A DNA stretch of 64,000 bases. Source: Candidatus Nomurabacteria bacterium (GTDB taxonomy: Bacteria > Patescibacteriota > Minisyncoccia > Phycocordibacterales > UBA9973). The position numbers were made by a program, and so were the translations under genes. The DNA lies in assembly GCA_026395955.1 (NCBI GenBank), contig JAPLXR010000007.1:65957-129956 (forward strand), read 5' to 3'. Positions 54,518 through 63,134 of this stretch are shown here, in pieces. The notes beneath the pieces are model-generated. The model made no database searches. It had not been told where the DNA came from and worked only from the letters and a program-made list of their open reading frames with translations. Numbering within the stretch: position 1 is the stretch's first letter; every line of letters starts with the position of its first letter.

Positions 54518-55276
54518 TTATTTTTCCCATACAGGAACGGTGAATAAAAAGGTGGTTCCATGACCTTCGATACTATCAAACCAAACTTTTCCCCCATGAT
54601 TTTCTACTATTTTCTTTGTGGTATATAGACCAATGCCAGAACCCATAGCTTCTTTCTTTTGAGCTTTTTCTGTGCGATAGAATTTTTCAAATATTTGTCT
54701 CTTGCTGTCTTCAGATATCCCTATACCTGAGTCTTTTACTGAAACTTGTACAAAATCATCATCATTAAGTTTGATAGAAATAAAAATTTTCCCGTGATAA
54801 TTACTGTACTTGATAGCATTCTCTATTAGATTTTGAAATACTACACGAATTTTTTCTTTGTCTGCTTTTACATGAGGTATTCCGTTTGTGCTTGGTTTCA
54901 AGAAAATTATTTCAATACCACGAGCTGTAGACTCTCCAGAAAAATCGAAAATAGTACCTTCAATAATATCTACCAAATTAATTTCTTCAAAGACATATTC
55001 TTTTTCTACTACTTGCTCGGATTTGTTTATTAATAATATTTCACTAACTAATCCTATAGCTCTCTCGTTACCATCGTATGCTTTTCTCAATAATGTTTCT
55101 TGTTCAGTGTTTAATTTTCCTAGATCTCCATCGAGAAACATTTTAATAATCCATTTGAGTGCAGCTAGAGATGTGCGTATTTGATGAGCACCAATAGAAA
55201 CTATTTCTGATTTTACAGAATTTATTTTTGTGAGACGTTCATTTTCCTCTTTAAGTTTTTGAATATCTTCTGACAT
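54518..55276 (-). CDS. cytoplasmic sensor histidine kinase (HisKA + HATPase_c, no TM/sensor domain)
   Basis: H-box GAHQIRTSL, then N, G1 (DSGIGI) and G2 (GSGIGL) boxes. Confidence 0.7.
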   Translation of the reverse strand: MSEDIQKLKEENERLTKINSVKSEIVSIGAHQIRTSLAALKWIIKMFLDGDLGKLNTEQETLLRKAYDGNERAIGLVSEILLINKSEQVVEKEYVFEEINLVDIIEGTIFDFSGESTARGIEIIFLKPSTNGIPHVKADKEKIRVVFQNLIENAIKYSNYHGKIFISIKLNDDDFVQVSVKDSGIGISEDSKRQIFEKFYRTEKAQKKEAMGSGIGLYTTKKIVENHGGKVWFDSIEGHGTTFLFTVPVWEK

Positions 55277-55340
55277 ACATATATTTTACCACAAGACTTT
55301 CGTATTAGATATATTAGAAGAGAAGTATTATAATGAGTTC

Positions 55341-56315
55341 ATGAATAAAAAAATATTTATAACAAGGAAAATACCAGACCTCGGAATTACTTTGTTAAAA
55401 AATAAGGGCTATGAGGTCGATGTATACTCGAAGAACAGAATAATGCCTCAAAAAGAGCTTATTTCTATACTTAAAAAGAAAGATTATGATGCGGTTTTGT
55501 GTTTATTGACTGACAAAATAGACGCAAAAGTCTACGATGCAGCGCCTAATACTAAACTCTATGCTAACTACGCGACAGGTTTTGATAACTTGGATTTAGT
55601 CGAAGCTAAAAAAAGAGGAATAACTATTACCAATGCTCCTGCGGATTTATCTTCTGAAGCAGTAGCTGAACACGCTCTCGCAATGATACTCGCTCTCGCA
55701 GCACGCATAGTCGAAGCCGATGACTTTGTTCGTCGTGGAAAATACAAAGGTTGGGATCCGATGAATTTTATCGGTACTGATACTGTCGGAAAAACTCTCG
55801 GGCTCGTCGGTGCAGGACGTATCGGGGAGAGAGTAGCAATTTTCGTAAAAGGCTTAGGAATGAAAGTAATATATACTGATGTAAATAAAAATCCTAGAAT
55901 AGAAGAATCAGCTGGGGCAGAGTATTGTAAAACTTTGGAAGAACTTTTACCACGGGCAGATATTGTGAGTTTGCATGTACCACTACTTGATTCAACAAAA
56001 CATTTGATGAATGAAAAAACTTTCAAATTAATGAAAAAAAGTGCGTACCTGGTGAATACTTCTCGCGGTCCTATTGTAGATGAAAAAGCCCTCGTAAAAG
56101 CTTTGAAAGAAAAAGTTATTGCAGGTGCGGGACTTGATGTTTTTGAATTTGAACCGAAATTAATGAGTGGTTTAGCAAAATTAGAAAATGTAATTCTGAC
56201 ACCGCACATAGGTTCTGCAAGTATTGAAGCTCGTAATCAAATGGCCGAGGTCGCAGTAAATAATATTATAGATTTTTTTGAAGGAAAACTTCCAAAAAAT
56301 GTTGTAAATAAATAA
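55341..56315 (+). CDS. D-isomer-specific 2-hydroxyacid dehydrogenase (D-lactate/glycerate/hydroxypyruvate dehydrogenase family)
   Basis: NAD-binding GLVGAGRIGERVA, catalytic His region (LTPHIGS) and the family pattern. Confidence 0.75.
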   Translation: MNKKIFITRKIPDLGITLLKNKGYEVDVYSKNRIMPQKELISILKKKDYDAVLCLLTDKIDAKVYDAAPNTKLYANYATGFDNLDLVEAKKRGITITNAPADLSSEAVAEHALAMILALAARIVEADDFVRRGKYKGWDPMNFIGTDTVGKTLGLVGAGRIGERVAIFVKGLGMKVIYTDVNKNPRIEESAGAEYCKTLEELLPRADIVSLHVPLLDSTKHLMNEKTFKLMKKSAYLVNTSRGPIVDEKALVKALKEKVIAGAGLDVFEFEPKLMSGLAKLENVILTPHIGSASIEARNQMAEVAVNNIIDFFEGKLPKNVVNK

Positions 56316-56316
56316 A

Positions 56317-57744
56317 ATGATTGGAAAATTAATTATAGCCAGGCATGAAGAATCAGAATGGAATAAATTAGATAAATGGACTGGTTCTGTGAATATTGGT
56401 TTGTCTGAGAAAGGTTTTGATAATTCTCGCAAAATGGGGGAGCTTGTTCGTGGTATTCCCATGGATCAAGCTTTTGCTTCGACACAAATTCGCTCACTTG
56501 AAACACTTCTATGTATGGAAGATGATATTTGTATTGATTTACCAATAACCCGCTCAGATGCACTAAACGAAAGGGATTATGGAGACTATACTGGAAAAAA
56601 TAAATGGGAAATGAAAAAAATATTAGGAGAAGAAGAATTCGATAAACTTCGTCGGGCTTGGGATTATCCGGTACCAAATGGTGAAACATTAAAAGTCGTT
56701 TATGAAAGAGTAGTCCCATATTATTTAAATAATATTTTGCCTCTTTTAAAAGAGGGGAAGACTGTACTTTTAGTTGCTCATGGAAATTCACTTCGTGCTT
56801 TGATGAAATATTTAGAAAATATTTCTGATGAAAATATTGCGCATTTGGAAATGCTTTTTGATACTGTAGTTATTTATGAAATAAATGAAGAGGGTAGAAT
56901 GATTAGTAAAGAAGAGAGACATATGCCAGTCGTAAAGGATGATACAAAAAAAGTTGCACAGATCGTGGCGACTATTGGAATTAATTCTGGAAACAAAGAA
57001 ACACTTTTAGAATTAATGAATCACAATATGAATTTGGCGAGATTAAACTTTTCTTGGTCAGACCTTGCTTGGCATGAAGAACATATTAAAATGATTCGTG
57101 ATGTGGCGAAAGAAGCTGGAAAAAATATTTTAATCATTCAAGATTTACCAGGGCCGAGAATTCAAGAAGAACATGGTCATACTTATGATAAGACAATGGC
57201 TTTCGATATGACTGAGCAAGATAAAAACTTTGTGAAGTTCGGTGTAGAACAGGGGGTAGACTACATAGCTCTTTCATTTGTTGGCAGTAAAAAAGAAATT
57301 CTAGAATGCCGAGAACTTATAAAAAGTCTCAATGGAACACAAAAAATAATTGCAAAAGTAGAGAGAAAAGTCGCCGTCGATAACCTCGAAGAAATTATTT
57401 CTTCTGCTGATGCTGTGATGGTAGCTAGGGGAGACCTCGGTAATGAATTTCCACTAGAAGAAATTCCTTTCATTCAAGAAAAGATAATTAAAGCTTGTAA
57501 CAAAGCCGGCAAGCCTGTAATCACCGCGACACAAATGATGCTATCTATGGTAAATAGCCCGACGCCGACACGAGCAGAAGTGACTGATGTCGATACTGCA
57601 ATACTACAGGGAAGTGATGCTGTAATGCTTTCTGAAGAAACAGCCACAGGAAAATATCCAGTCGAAGCAGTGATGATGATGGAGAAAATTATTCTCGAAG
57701 CCGAGAGTCATATGACCGGTGATAAAAAATTAAATCTTCTATAA
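56317..57744 (+). CDS. fusion: 2,3-BPG-dependent phosphoglycerate mutase (histidine phosphatase) + pyruvate kinase A-domain only (B lid and C regulatory domains absent)
   Basis: N-terminus IIARHEESEWNKLDKWTG...AHGNSLRAL is the dPGM signature. From about aa 205: QIVATIGINS, NLARLNFSWS, LPGPRIQ, DYIALSFV, MVARGDLG and ATQMMLSM PK A-domain motifs. Only ~25 residues lie where the ~100-aa B domain normally sits. The protein ends right after domain A. Confidence 0.7.
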   Translation: MIGKLIIARHEESEWNKLDKWTGSVNIGLSEKGFDNSRKMGELVRGIPMDQAFASTQIRSLETLLCMEDDICIDLPITRSDALNERDYGDYTGKNKWEMKKILGEEEFDKLRRAWDYPVPNGETLKVVYERVVPYYLNNILPLLKEGKTVLLVAHGNSLRALMKYLENISDENIAHLEMLFDTVVIYEINEEGRMISKEERHMPVVKDDTKKVAQIVATIGINSGNKETLLELMNHNMNLARLNFSWSDLAWHEEHIKMIRDVAKEAGKNILIIQDLPGPRIQEEHGHTYDKTMAFDMTEQDKNFVKFGVEQGVDYIALSFVGSKKEILECRELIKSLNGTQKIIAKVERKVAVDNLEEIISSADAVMVARGDLGNEFPLEEIPFIQEKIIKACNKAGKPVITATQMMLSMVNSPTPTRAEVTDVDTAILQGSDAVMLSEETATGKYPVEAVMMMEKIILEAESHMTGDKKLNLL

Positions 57745-57783
57745 AACCATTTAGTTTTCTTACTAAAATGTTATAATATCACA

Positions 57784-58527
57784 ATGGAATATATAATTAT
57801 TTTTGCAATAACATTCTTTGCCACACTACTCAGTTCTATGTCTGGTGGGGGTGCAGGAATTATCGTTTACCCAGCTCTATTATCTATGGGTTTACCTTTT
57901 CCTTTAGTCGGTGCTGTATCAGCAGTGAATTCTACTGTATGGGTTTTGCCTGCTGGAAGAAATTATTTAAAAGGAAGAAAAGTTGATTGGAAATTCCTTA
58001 TTATATTTTCATTGATAGGACTTATCGGTTGTTATTTTGGGGTTTTATTAATGATAAATATAAATCAGAGAATATTGGAAATTTCTGTAGGTGCTATTAT
58101 TTTATTTTTAGTTTCGTATACATATTTTAAAAAAGATATGGGATTAAATCAAAATAAAGTTCAATCTTTGGCTCGTCAGATGATTGCTTACCCCTTTGCT
58201 TTATTACTAGGATTTTATGAAACTATTTTCGGATCAGGTAACGGAATTCTTTTTACAATGATTACTCTATACACTAGAGGTTTTGATTTTATTGATGGAC
58301 TTGGTCACTATTATTATATTTCTTTTTCATGGGCACTTTTTGCCGCTGTGTTGTTAATACAAAAAGGATATTACGATGTTAATATTATGGCTGTTGCTGC
58401 TATTGGTTCAATATTGGGAGGATTTTTAGGTTCTAAATATGCAAAAAACAAAGGAAATAAATTTATAAAAACTTTATTTGTAATAATTGGAGGTATTCTT
58501 GGTATTAAATTACTTTTAGGTTTATAA
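57784..58527 (+). CDS. TauE/SafE (TSUP, DUF81) family membrane transporter
   Basis: 247 aa, about 8 TM segments, with the N-terminal SSMSGGGAGIIVYPALL motif. Confidence 0.6.
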   Translation: MEYIIIFAITFFATLLSSMSGGGAGIIVYPALLSMGLPFPLVGAVSAVNSTVWVLPAGRNYLKGRKVDWKFLIIFSLIGLIGCYFGVLLMININQRILEISVGAIILFLVSYTYFKKDMGLNQNKVQSLARQMIAYPFALLLGFYETIFGSGNGILFTMITLYTRGFDFIDGLGHYYYISFSWALFAAVLLIQKGYYDVNIMAVAAIGSILGGFLGSKYAKNKGNKFIKTLFVIIGGILGIKLLLGL

Positions 58528-58532
58528 AATTT

Positions 58533-59783
58533 ATGACAAAAATAAAAAAAGTTACAGGGAGGGAAATAATAGATTCACGGGGAAATCCGACTGTCGAAGT
58601 GGAGTGCGAACTTGAGAGTGGGGTAGTTGCTGTGGCGGGTGTACCGTCGGGAGCGAGTACGGGAATTCACGAAGCTTTGGAATTACGGGACGGGGATAAA
58701 ACACGATACAACGGCCTCGGAGTTTTGAATGCAGTAAATAATGTAAATACTATAATCAATGAAAATATTTCAGGAAAAGAATTTGATCAAAAATCTTTAG
58801 ATGAAACTTTGATAAATCTCGATGGCACAAAAAATAAATCTAAACTCGGAGCGAATGCAATACTCGGTGTTTCACTAGCTTTTGCCCGCGCCGTGTCAGT
58901 AGAAAAGAAAATAAATTTGTATGAATACTTAGGGTCTTTAGTCGGCAATACACAGTACTCTTTACCCGAGCCTATGTTCAATGTGATCAATGGTGGCAAG
59001 CATGCAGATAATGGACTCGATATTCAAGAGTTTATGATTATCCCTGTCGGCATAAAAACTTTTAAAGAAAAAGTGCGAGTCGTTTCAGAAGTTATTTCAG
59101 CTTTGAAAAAAGTTTTAGTGGAAAAAGGATTTGGTGTCGGTGTGGGGGATGAAGGTGGCTTTGCGCCGAAACTCGCTTCCAATGAAGAGGCTTTTGATAT
59201 TTTAATTATGGCGATACAAAATGCTGGCTATACTACAGAGCAAATAAAGATCGGTATTGATGCGGCGGCATCTAGCTTCTTCATTGATGGAGTTTATAAA
59301 TTAAAAATAGCAGGGGAGGAGAAGATTTTGAATACTGAGGAAATGATAGCTTGGTATGAAAAACTCGTCGCTACTTATCCGATAATTTCTATCGAGGACG
59401 GACTCGATGAAGAAGACTGGGCAGGATTTGTATTATTAAATAAAAAACTTGGAGACAAGATAAAAATAATAGGAGATGACCTACTCGTGACGAATGTAGA
59501 AAAAATTCAAAAAGCTATTTCAGAAAATGCTGTGAATTCTGTTTTGATAAAATTGAATCAAATCGGAACTTTGTCTGAGACTATCGACGCTATACAAATG
59601 ACTAAAAAACAAAATTGGAATGCTATCGTTTCACACCGTTCAGGGGAGACAAATGATACATTTATCGCCGACCTCGCTGTGGGACTATCATGTGGTTATA
59701 TAAAATCCGGTTCACTTACTCGCGAAGAAAGAGTCTGTAAATATAATCGTTTGATGGAGATAGAAGAGAATCTGTCTAAATAA
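58533..59783 (+). CDS. eno: enolase (phosphopyruvate hydratase)
   Basis: IIDSRGNPTVEVE, SGASTGIHEA, and the ILIKLNQIGTLSET and SHRSGETED-like motifs. Confidence 0.9.
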   Translation: MTKIKKVTGREIIDSRGNPTVEVECELESGVVAVAGVPSGASTGIHEALELRDGDKTRYNGLGVLNAVNNVNTIINENISGKEFDQKSLDETLINLDGTKNKSKLGANAILGVSLAFARAVSVEKKINLYEYLGSLVGNTQYSLPEPMFNVINGGKHADNGLDIQEFMIIPVGIKTFKEKVRVVSEVISALKKVLVEKGFGVGVGDEGGFAPKLASNEEAFDILIMAIQNAGYTTEQIKIGIDAAASSFFIDGVYKLKIAGEEKILNTEEMIAWYEKLVATYPIISIEDGLDEEDWAGFVLLNKKLGDKIKIIGDDLLVTNVEKIQKAISENAVNSVLIKLNQIGTLSETIDAIQMTKKQNWNAIVSHRSGETNDTFIADLAVGLSCGYIKSGSLTREERVCKYNRLMEIEENLSK

Positions 59784-59790
59784 AATTTGC

Positions 59791-59878
59791 GGAGCCGGAC
59801 GGATTCGAACCGTCGAGGGGTTTTGAAGCCCCTGCCTCTTTAGCAAAGAGGTACGTTAGACCACTCTGACACGGCTCC
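59791..59878 (-). tRNA. tRNA-Ser (anticodon GCT), type II
   Basis: Reverse complement GGAGCCG...anticodon stem-loop CCTCT-TTGCTAA-AGAGG...long variable arm...GACGG-TTCGAATC-CGTC-CGGCTCC-G. Confidence 0.75.
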
Positions 59879-59962
59879 ATATATATCAATAACACAATGA
59901 CCTTTATATATCTTTTATGTTGTGCTAGTATAGCATTAAAGCTAATTTAATACAGCTTTAAT

Positions 59963-60052
59963 GGAGGCGTGGATGAGTGGTTTAAATCAACGGTTTACTA
60001 AACCGTCGTCCTTTAATCGGGACCGTGAGTTCGAATCTCACCGCCTCCGCCA
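59963..60052 (+). tRNA. type II tRNA (Ser-like architecture) with anticodon loop TTACTAA (anticodon ACT), encoded CCA
   Basis: Acceptor GGAGGCG/CGCCTCC, 3-bp D-stem GAT/ATC with GAGTGGTTTAA loop, anticodon stem ACGGT/ACCGT, long variable arm, T-arm GTGAG-TTCGAAT-CTCAC, discriminator G + CCA. The loop differs from the Ser-GCT loop TTGCTAA by G34->A. Confidence 0.5.
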
Positions 60053-60125
60053 AGACATTTTAGTATCGGAGTCAACCTACTTGCCTGAGCAAGTGATGCG
60101 ACCCAGATGCCTAAAGTTGTAAATA

Positions 60126-60153
60126 AAAACACGAGAAATCGTGTTTTTATTTT
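60126..60153. terminator. terminator hairpin downstream of minus-strand gene 60147..61130
   Basis: Hairpin aaaacacgagaaatcgtgtttt flanked by T/A runs. Confidence 0.55.
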
Positions 60154-61130
60154 GTCCAAAGAATCTGATATTCGAAACCGACATGCTTTGCAGATTCTTC
60201 TCGTTTGTCTTCTGGGACTGACACTACAACCCTTTTGTCACCCGCAAATGGTTCAGCATGTAGATTGCATAAGTAAGCCATTAATAATTCAAATATATTA
60301 ACCAAATTGGTTATTGTCGATTCCATAAAAGCAGATATCTTAATCTTTGGAAGATTGTATACATCACTCTTGTAGATAATCGATGGTGGTGAAATCGTAT
60401 TTTCAGGAGTCAATTTATAGTTTTCTATGTTAAGTAGATCATCCTTCAGTTCACCATGTGGGTGTTCGATTTTATTCCTCATTCTACGTATACCAACGGT
60501 GTACGCCTCAAAACTTTTGATGAAATTAATAAAATCGTCTTGGGATGTTGCGTCTAACTTACCAATGAGTTTTGATTCCCACCCTTTACCTTTAACATCA
60601 GGGTAAAAAAGATTAGCCATCTCCATGATATGAGCGCAGGCATGATCTGCGTTTAAAACAAACCCTTTCACTTTTTGCTCCAAATTAGGAAGTGAGGGTA
60701 TTTGTGGATTTTTTGAGAGGTTTGTTTTAATACCATTTTCTTCTAAAACATAGTCATTCTTTGTTTTATCTAGTGATGTAATTTCTTTTAAAAAAGAGAA
60801 AGCGGTACTAATACCTTTGTTGTGGTTTATTGTCTGTGCTAATGAATGATCTGCAAATAAAATATTTGCTTGTTGCAAAGTTTTTCCAACAAGTTCGCTA
60901 TCAGAACCGTAAGGCAATATGTGTTGAATATTATGATTTATATTTGGATTTGTCCTTTCAGGATCAACATCATCAGCCATCACCATACAACGAGTATTTT
61001 TTCTCGTAACACAAAACAGGTTTTCATCTACCTTAATTAGAGCAGATACGTTATCACCCTCTTCTAGACCAATATTAAAAGCTCCTCCTTGGGAACGGTA
61101 TGCAAATGGATCATTATCACTTTGGTTCAT
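60147..61130 (-). CDS. hypothetical protein (island cargo)
   Basis: 327-aa ORF in GC-richer DNA, co-oriented with the recombinase 22 nt downstream. No recognisable motifs. Confidence 0.3.
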   Translation of the reverse strand: MNQSDNDPFAYRSQGGAFNIGLEEGDNVSALIKVDENLFCVTRKNTRCMVMADDVDPERTNPNINHNIQHILPYGSDSELVGKTLQQANILFADHSLAQTINHNKGISTAFSFLKEITSLDKTKNDYVLEENGIKTNLSKNPQIPSLPNLEQKVKGFVLNADHACAHIMEMANLFYPDVKGKGWESKLIGKLDATSQDDFINFIKSFEAYTVGIRRMRNKIEHPHGELKDDLLNIENYKLTPENTISPPSIIYKSDVYNLPKIKISAFMESTITNLVNIFELLMAYLCNLHAEPFAGDKRVVVSVPEDKREESAKHVGFEYQILWTK

Positions 61131-61152
61131 AAGCCCATTATAACAATTTTCA

Positions 61153-62478
61153 CTAATCGATGAGCGTCAGCACCTTATCCTTGTACACAATCTTGCTCCG
61201 CAGGTTCGCCAGTAATTCTCGCTTCTCCGTAACTGCACCCTCTTTTAGTATGTACTTCGCATAGTTTCGTATGTCGGTATCCTTTCTGTTTCCAACCTTG
61301 TCTGTGCTTCCAAAAACCGATCTTTGGAAGATGTTGAATCTCGCTATTTCTTCCTCAAGCTTCTGCCTCATACCAAGCTCGTTAATGTTCACCTTGTCGA
61401 GTATCTTCAGTATCTCGATGATCAGATCTTCTTCTCGGATGTATTGATTCTTGCAGTTCCTGTCCCTCGATCTCGCACATGAGTAGTAGATGTACTTTGC
61501 ATGCGTGCCGTCTTTCAGTTGCTTCCATTTTTCCTCGGCAGATATTCCAGAGCCACAGTATCCGCAGGTGAATAGTTTTGTGAATGCGAATTCTTTGTTT
61601 TCTCTTTGTATATTGTCTCGCTTCAGTTGTGATTGTGCCTGATCGTGCAGTTCCTTTGTTATGAGCGGTTCATGCTTTCCCTGATACCAGTTACCGCTGT
61701 CTTTAGGATACTCGAACATGCCGTAGTAGAAGGGGCTTTCCAATATTCTGTACACACCGCCGAGCGTGAGTGGTTTGTTTCCTCGGGTATAAAAATTGGC
61801 TTCGAATCGAAGCCAATTGTATATCTTTCTTCCGCTCAGTTTCTCGTACGCCACCCGCTCGAACATTTTCTTCACCAGCGGTGCTCTGAGTTCATCCACC
61901 ACAAGCTGACATTTCTTGTCGATATCTCTCTGATTCAGATATCCGAGAGGTGCGACTCCTGGCCATAGTCCCATCTCCACTCTCGTTCGCAGTCCTCGCT
62001 TTACGTTAATTCCTCGATTGTCGTTCTCAAGCTTTGCTTGTGATCCGAGAATCATCAGCAAGAATTTCTCGTTCGGATTGTTACCGAACTTCTGTCCGAA
62101 GGTTCTTATTTCCTGAAGCTTACCTGCATCCATCAGGTCCACAATTCTTCCAAGATCTCCTGCATTTCTTGAAATACGGTCTGGTGCCCATGTCAGGATG
62201 CCGTTGAATTTTCCATCCCTCAGTTCCTCGATGATCTCGTTGAAGACTGGTCGCTGTCCCGTTTCCTTTGCCGAATGGCTTTCTCGCTTCATCGTGACCA
62301 CCTCAAGACCCTCACGGTCTGCTAGTTGGAGCATTTCCTTGATCTGGCTATCAATACTCAATACTTGCCGTTCTTCGCTTTCGGTCGACTTTCTGGCATA
62401 CAGGCAATACTTCACCTTTACCTCAGCTATTGTCCCTCTGGCCGTCATGGCCCCTGGCATTTGATCTGTTGTCTTCAT
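61153..62478 (-). CDS. large serine recombinase (resolvase/invertase catalytic domain + recombinase domain + zinc-ribbon)
   Basis: N-terminal YARKSTESEERQVLSIDSQ serine-recombinase catalytic motif, a central recombinase domain and a Cys-rich segment (CGYCGSG...C..C). 441 aa. Confidence 0.75.
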   Translation of the reverse strand: MKTTDQMPGAMTARGTIAEVKVKYCLYARKSTESEERQVLSIDSQIKEMLQLADREGLEVVTMKRESHSAKETGQRPVFNEIIEELRDGKFNGILTWAPDRISRNAGDLGRIVDLMDAGKLQEIRTFGQKFGNNPNEKFLLMILGSQAKLENDNRGINVKRGLRTRVEMGLWPGVAPLGYLNQRDIDKKCQLVVDELRAPLVKKMFERVAYEKLSGRKIYNWLRFEANFYTRGNKPLTLGGVYRILESPFYYGMFEYPKDSGNWYQGKHEPLITKELHDQAQSQLKRDNIQRENKEFAFTKLFTCGYCGSGISAEEKWKQLKDGTHAKYIYYSCARSRDRNCKNQYIREEDLIIEILKILDKVNINELGMRQKLEEEIARFNIFQRSVFGSTDKVGNRKDTDIRNYAKYILKEGAVTEKRELLANLRSKIVYKDKVLTLID

Positions 62479-62565
62479 ACATCAATCAATGACGCAGACC
62501 CCTCCAAGAGTCTAGGACGACCCCAGTAGGTAACTAAATACCTCAAAGTTGCTTTTTATTTCAAA

Positions 62566-63051
62566 GTGCAGTATACTCTTTACATGCACAAGGAATTGAG
62601 CGAAATAGCAGACATGGTTTCAGGGTACACATTCCGTGGATCCATTGAAAATGACCCAAAAGGCCAGATTTTTGTGCTACAGGCTAAGAATATCTCAGCA
62701 AATCAGGATATTTTGAATACTGTGGATCTCACCACTGTTTCAGACAAATCCATCAGAAACCCCTACTTTTTGGAACATAACGACATTTTGCTCGTTTCCA
62801 GAGGTTCAGGTGCTGGATCGTTCCGTTCCGCTGTCTTTGCTTCAGACGACACAAACGTGATGCCATCATCATCAGTTCATGTCATCCGCATCAAAGATGT
62901 CACAGTACTCCCCAAATATGTATGTCTCTACCTCAATTCTCTGGACGGACAAAAGGCTCTCGCTCAAATTGTCACAGGTGCTTCATACATACAAAGCATC
63001 CTCGTGAAAAATCTGACAGACTTCCCGAGCACTCCACGAAAACATCATTAA
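62566..63051 (+). CDS. truncated type I restriction-modification specificity subunit (HsdS) fragment, single target-recognition domain
   Basis: LSEIADMVSGYTFRG... is typical of an HsdS TRD start. Only 161 aa (intact HsdS has two TRDs and conserved repeats). Lies immediately upstream of hsdM. Confidence 0.45.
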   Translation: MQYTLYMHKELSEIADMVSGYTFRGSIENDPKGQIFVLQAKNISANQDILNTVDLTTVSDKSIRNPYFLEHNDILLVSRGSGAGSFRSAVFASDDTNVMPSSSVHVIRIKDVTVLPKYVCLYLNSLDGQKALAQIVTGASYIQSILVKNLTDFPSTPRKHH

Positions 63052-63134
63052 CCAAGAACGGATATTTAAAAGAAAACAAGAGATTCAAAAAACCATTATC
63101 AACGCAAGCTTTACCAACTTAACCAAGAACTAAT

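Noticed and set aside
62198-62529. Plus-strand ORFs 62198..62464 and 62326..62529
   Set aside because: Antisense to the 5' end of the serine recombinase gene. No supporting features.
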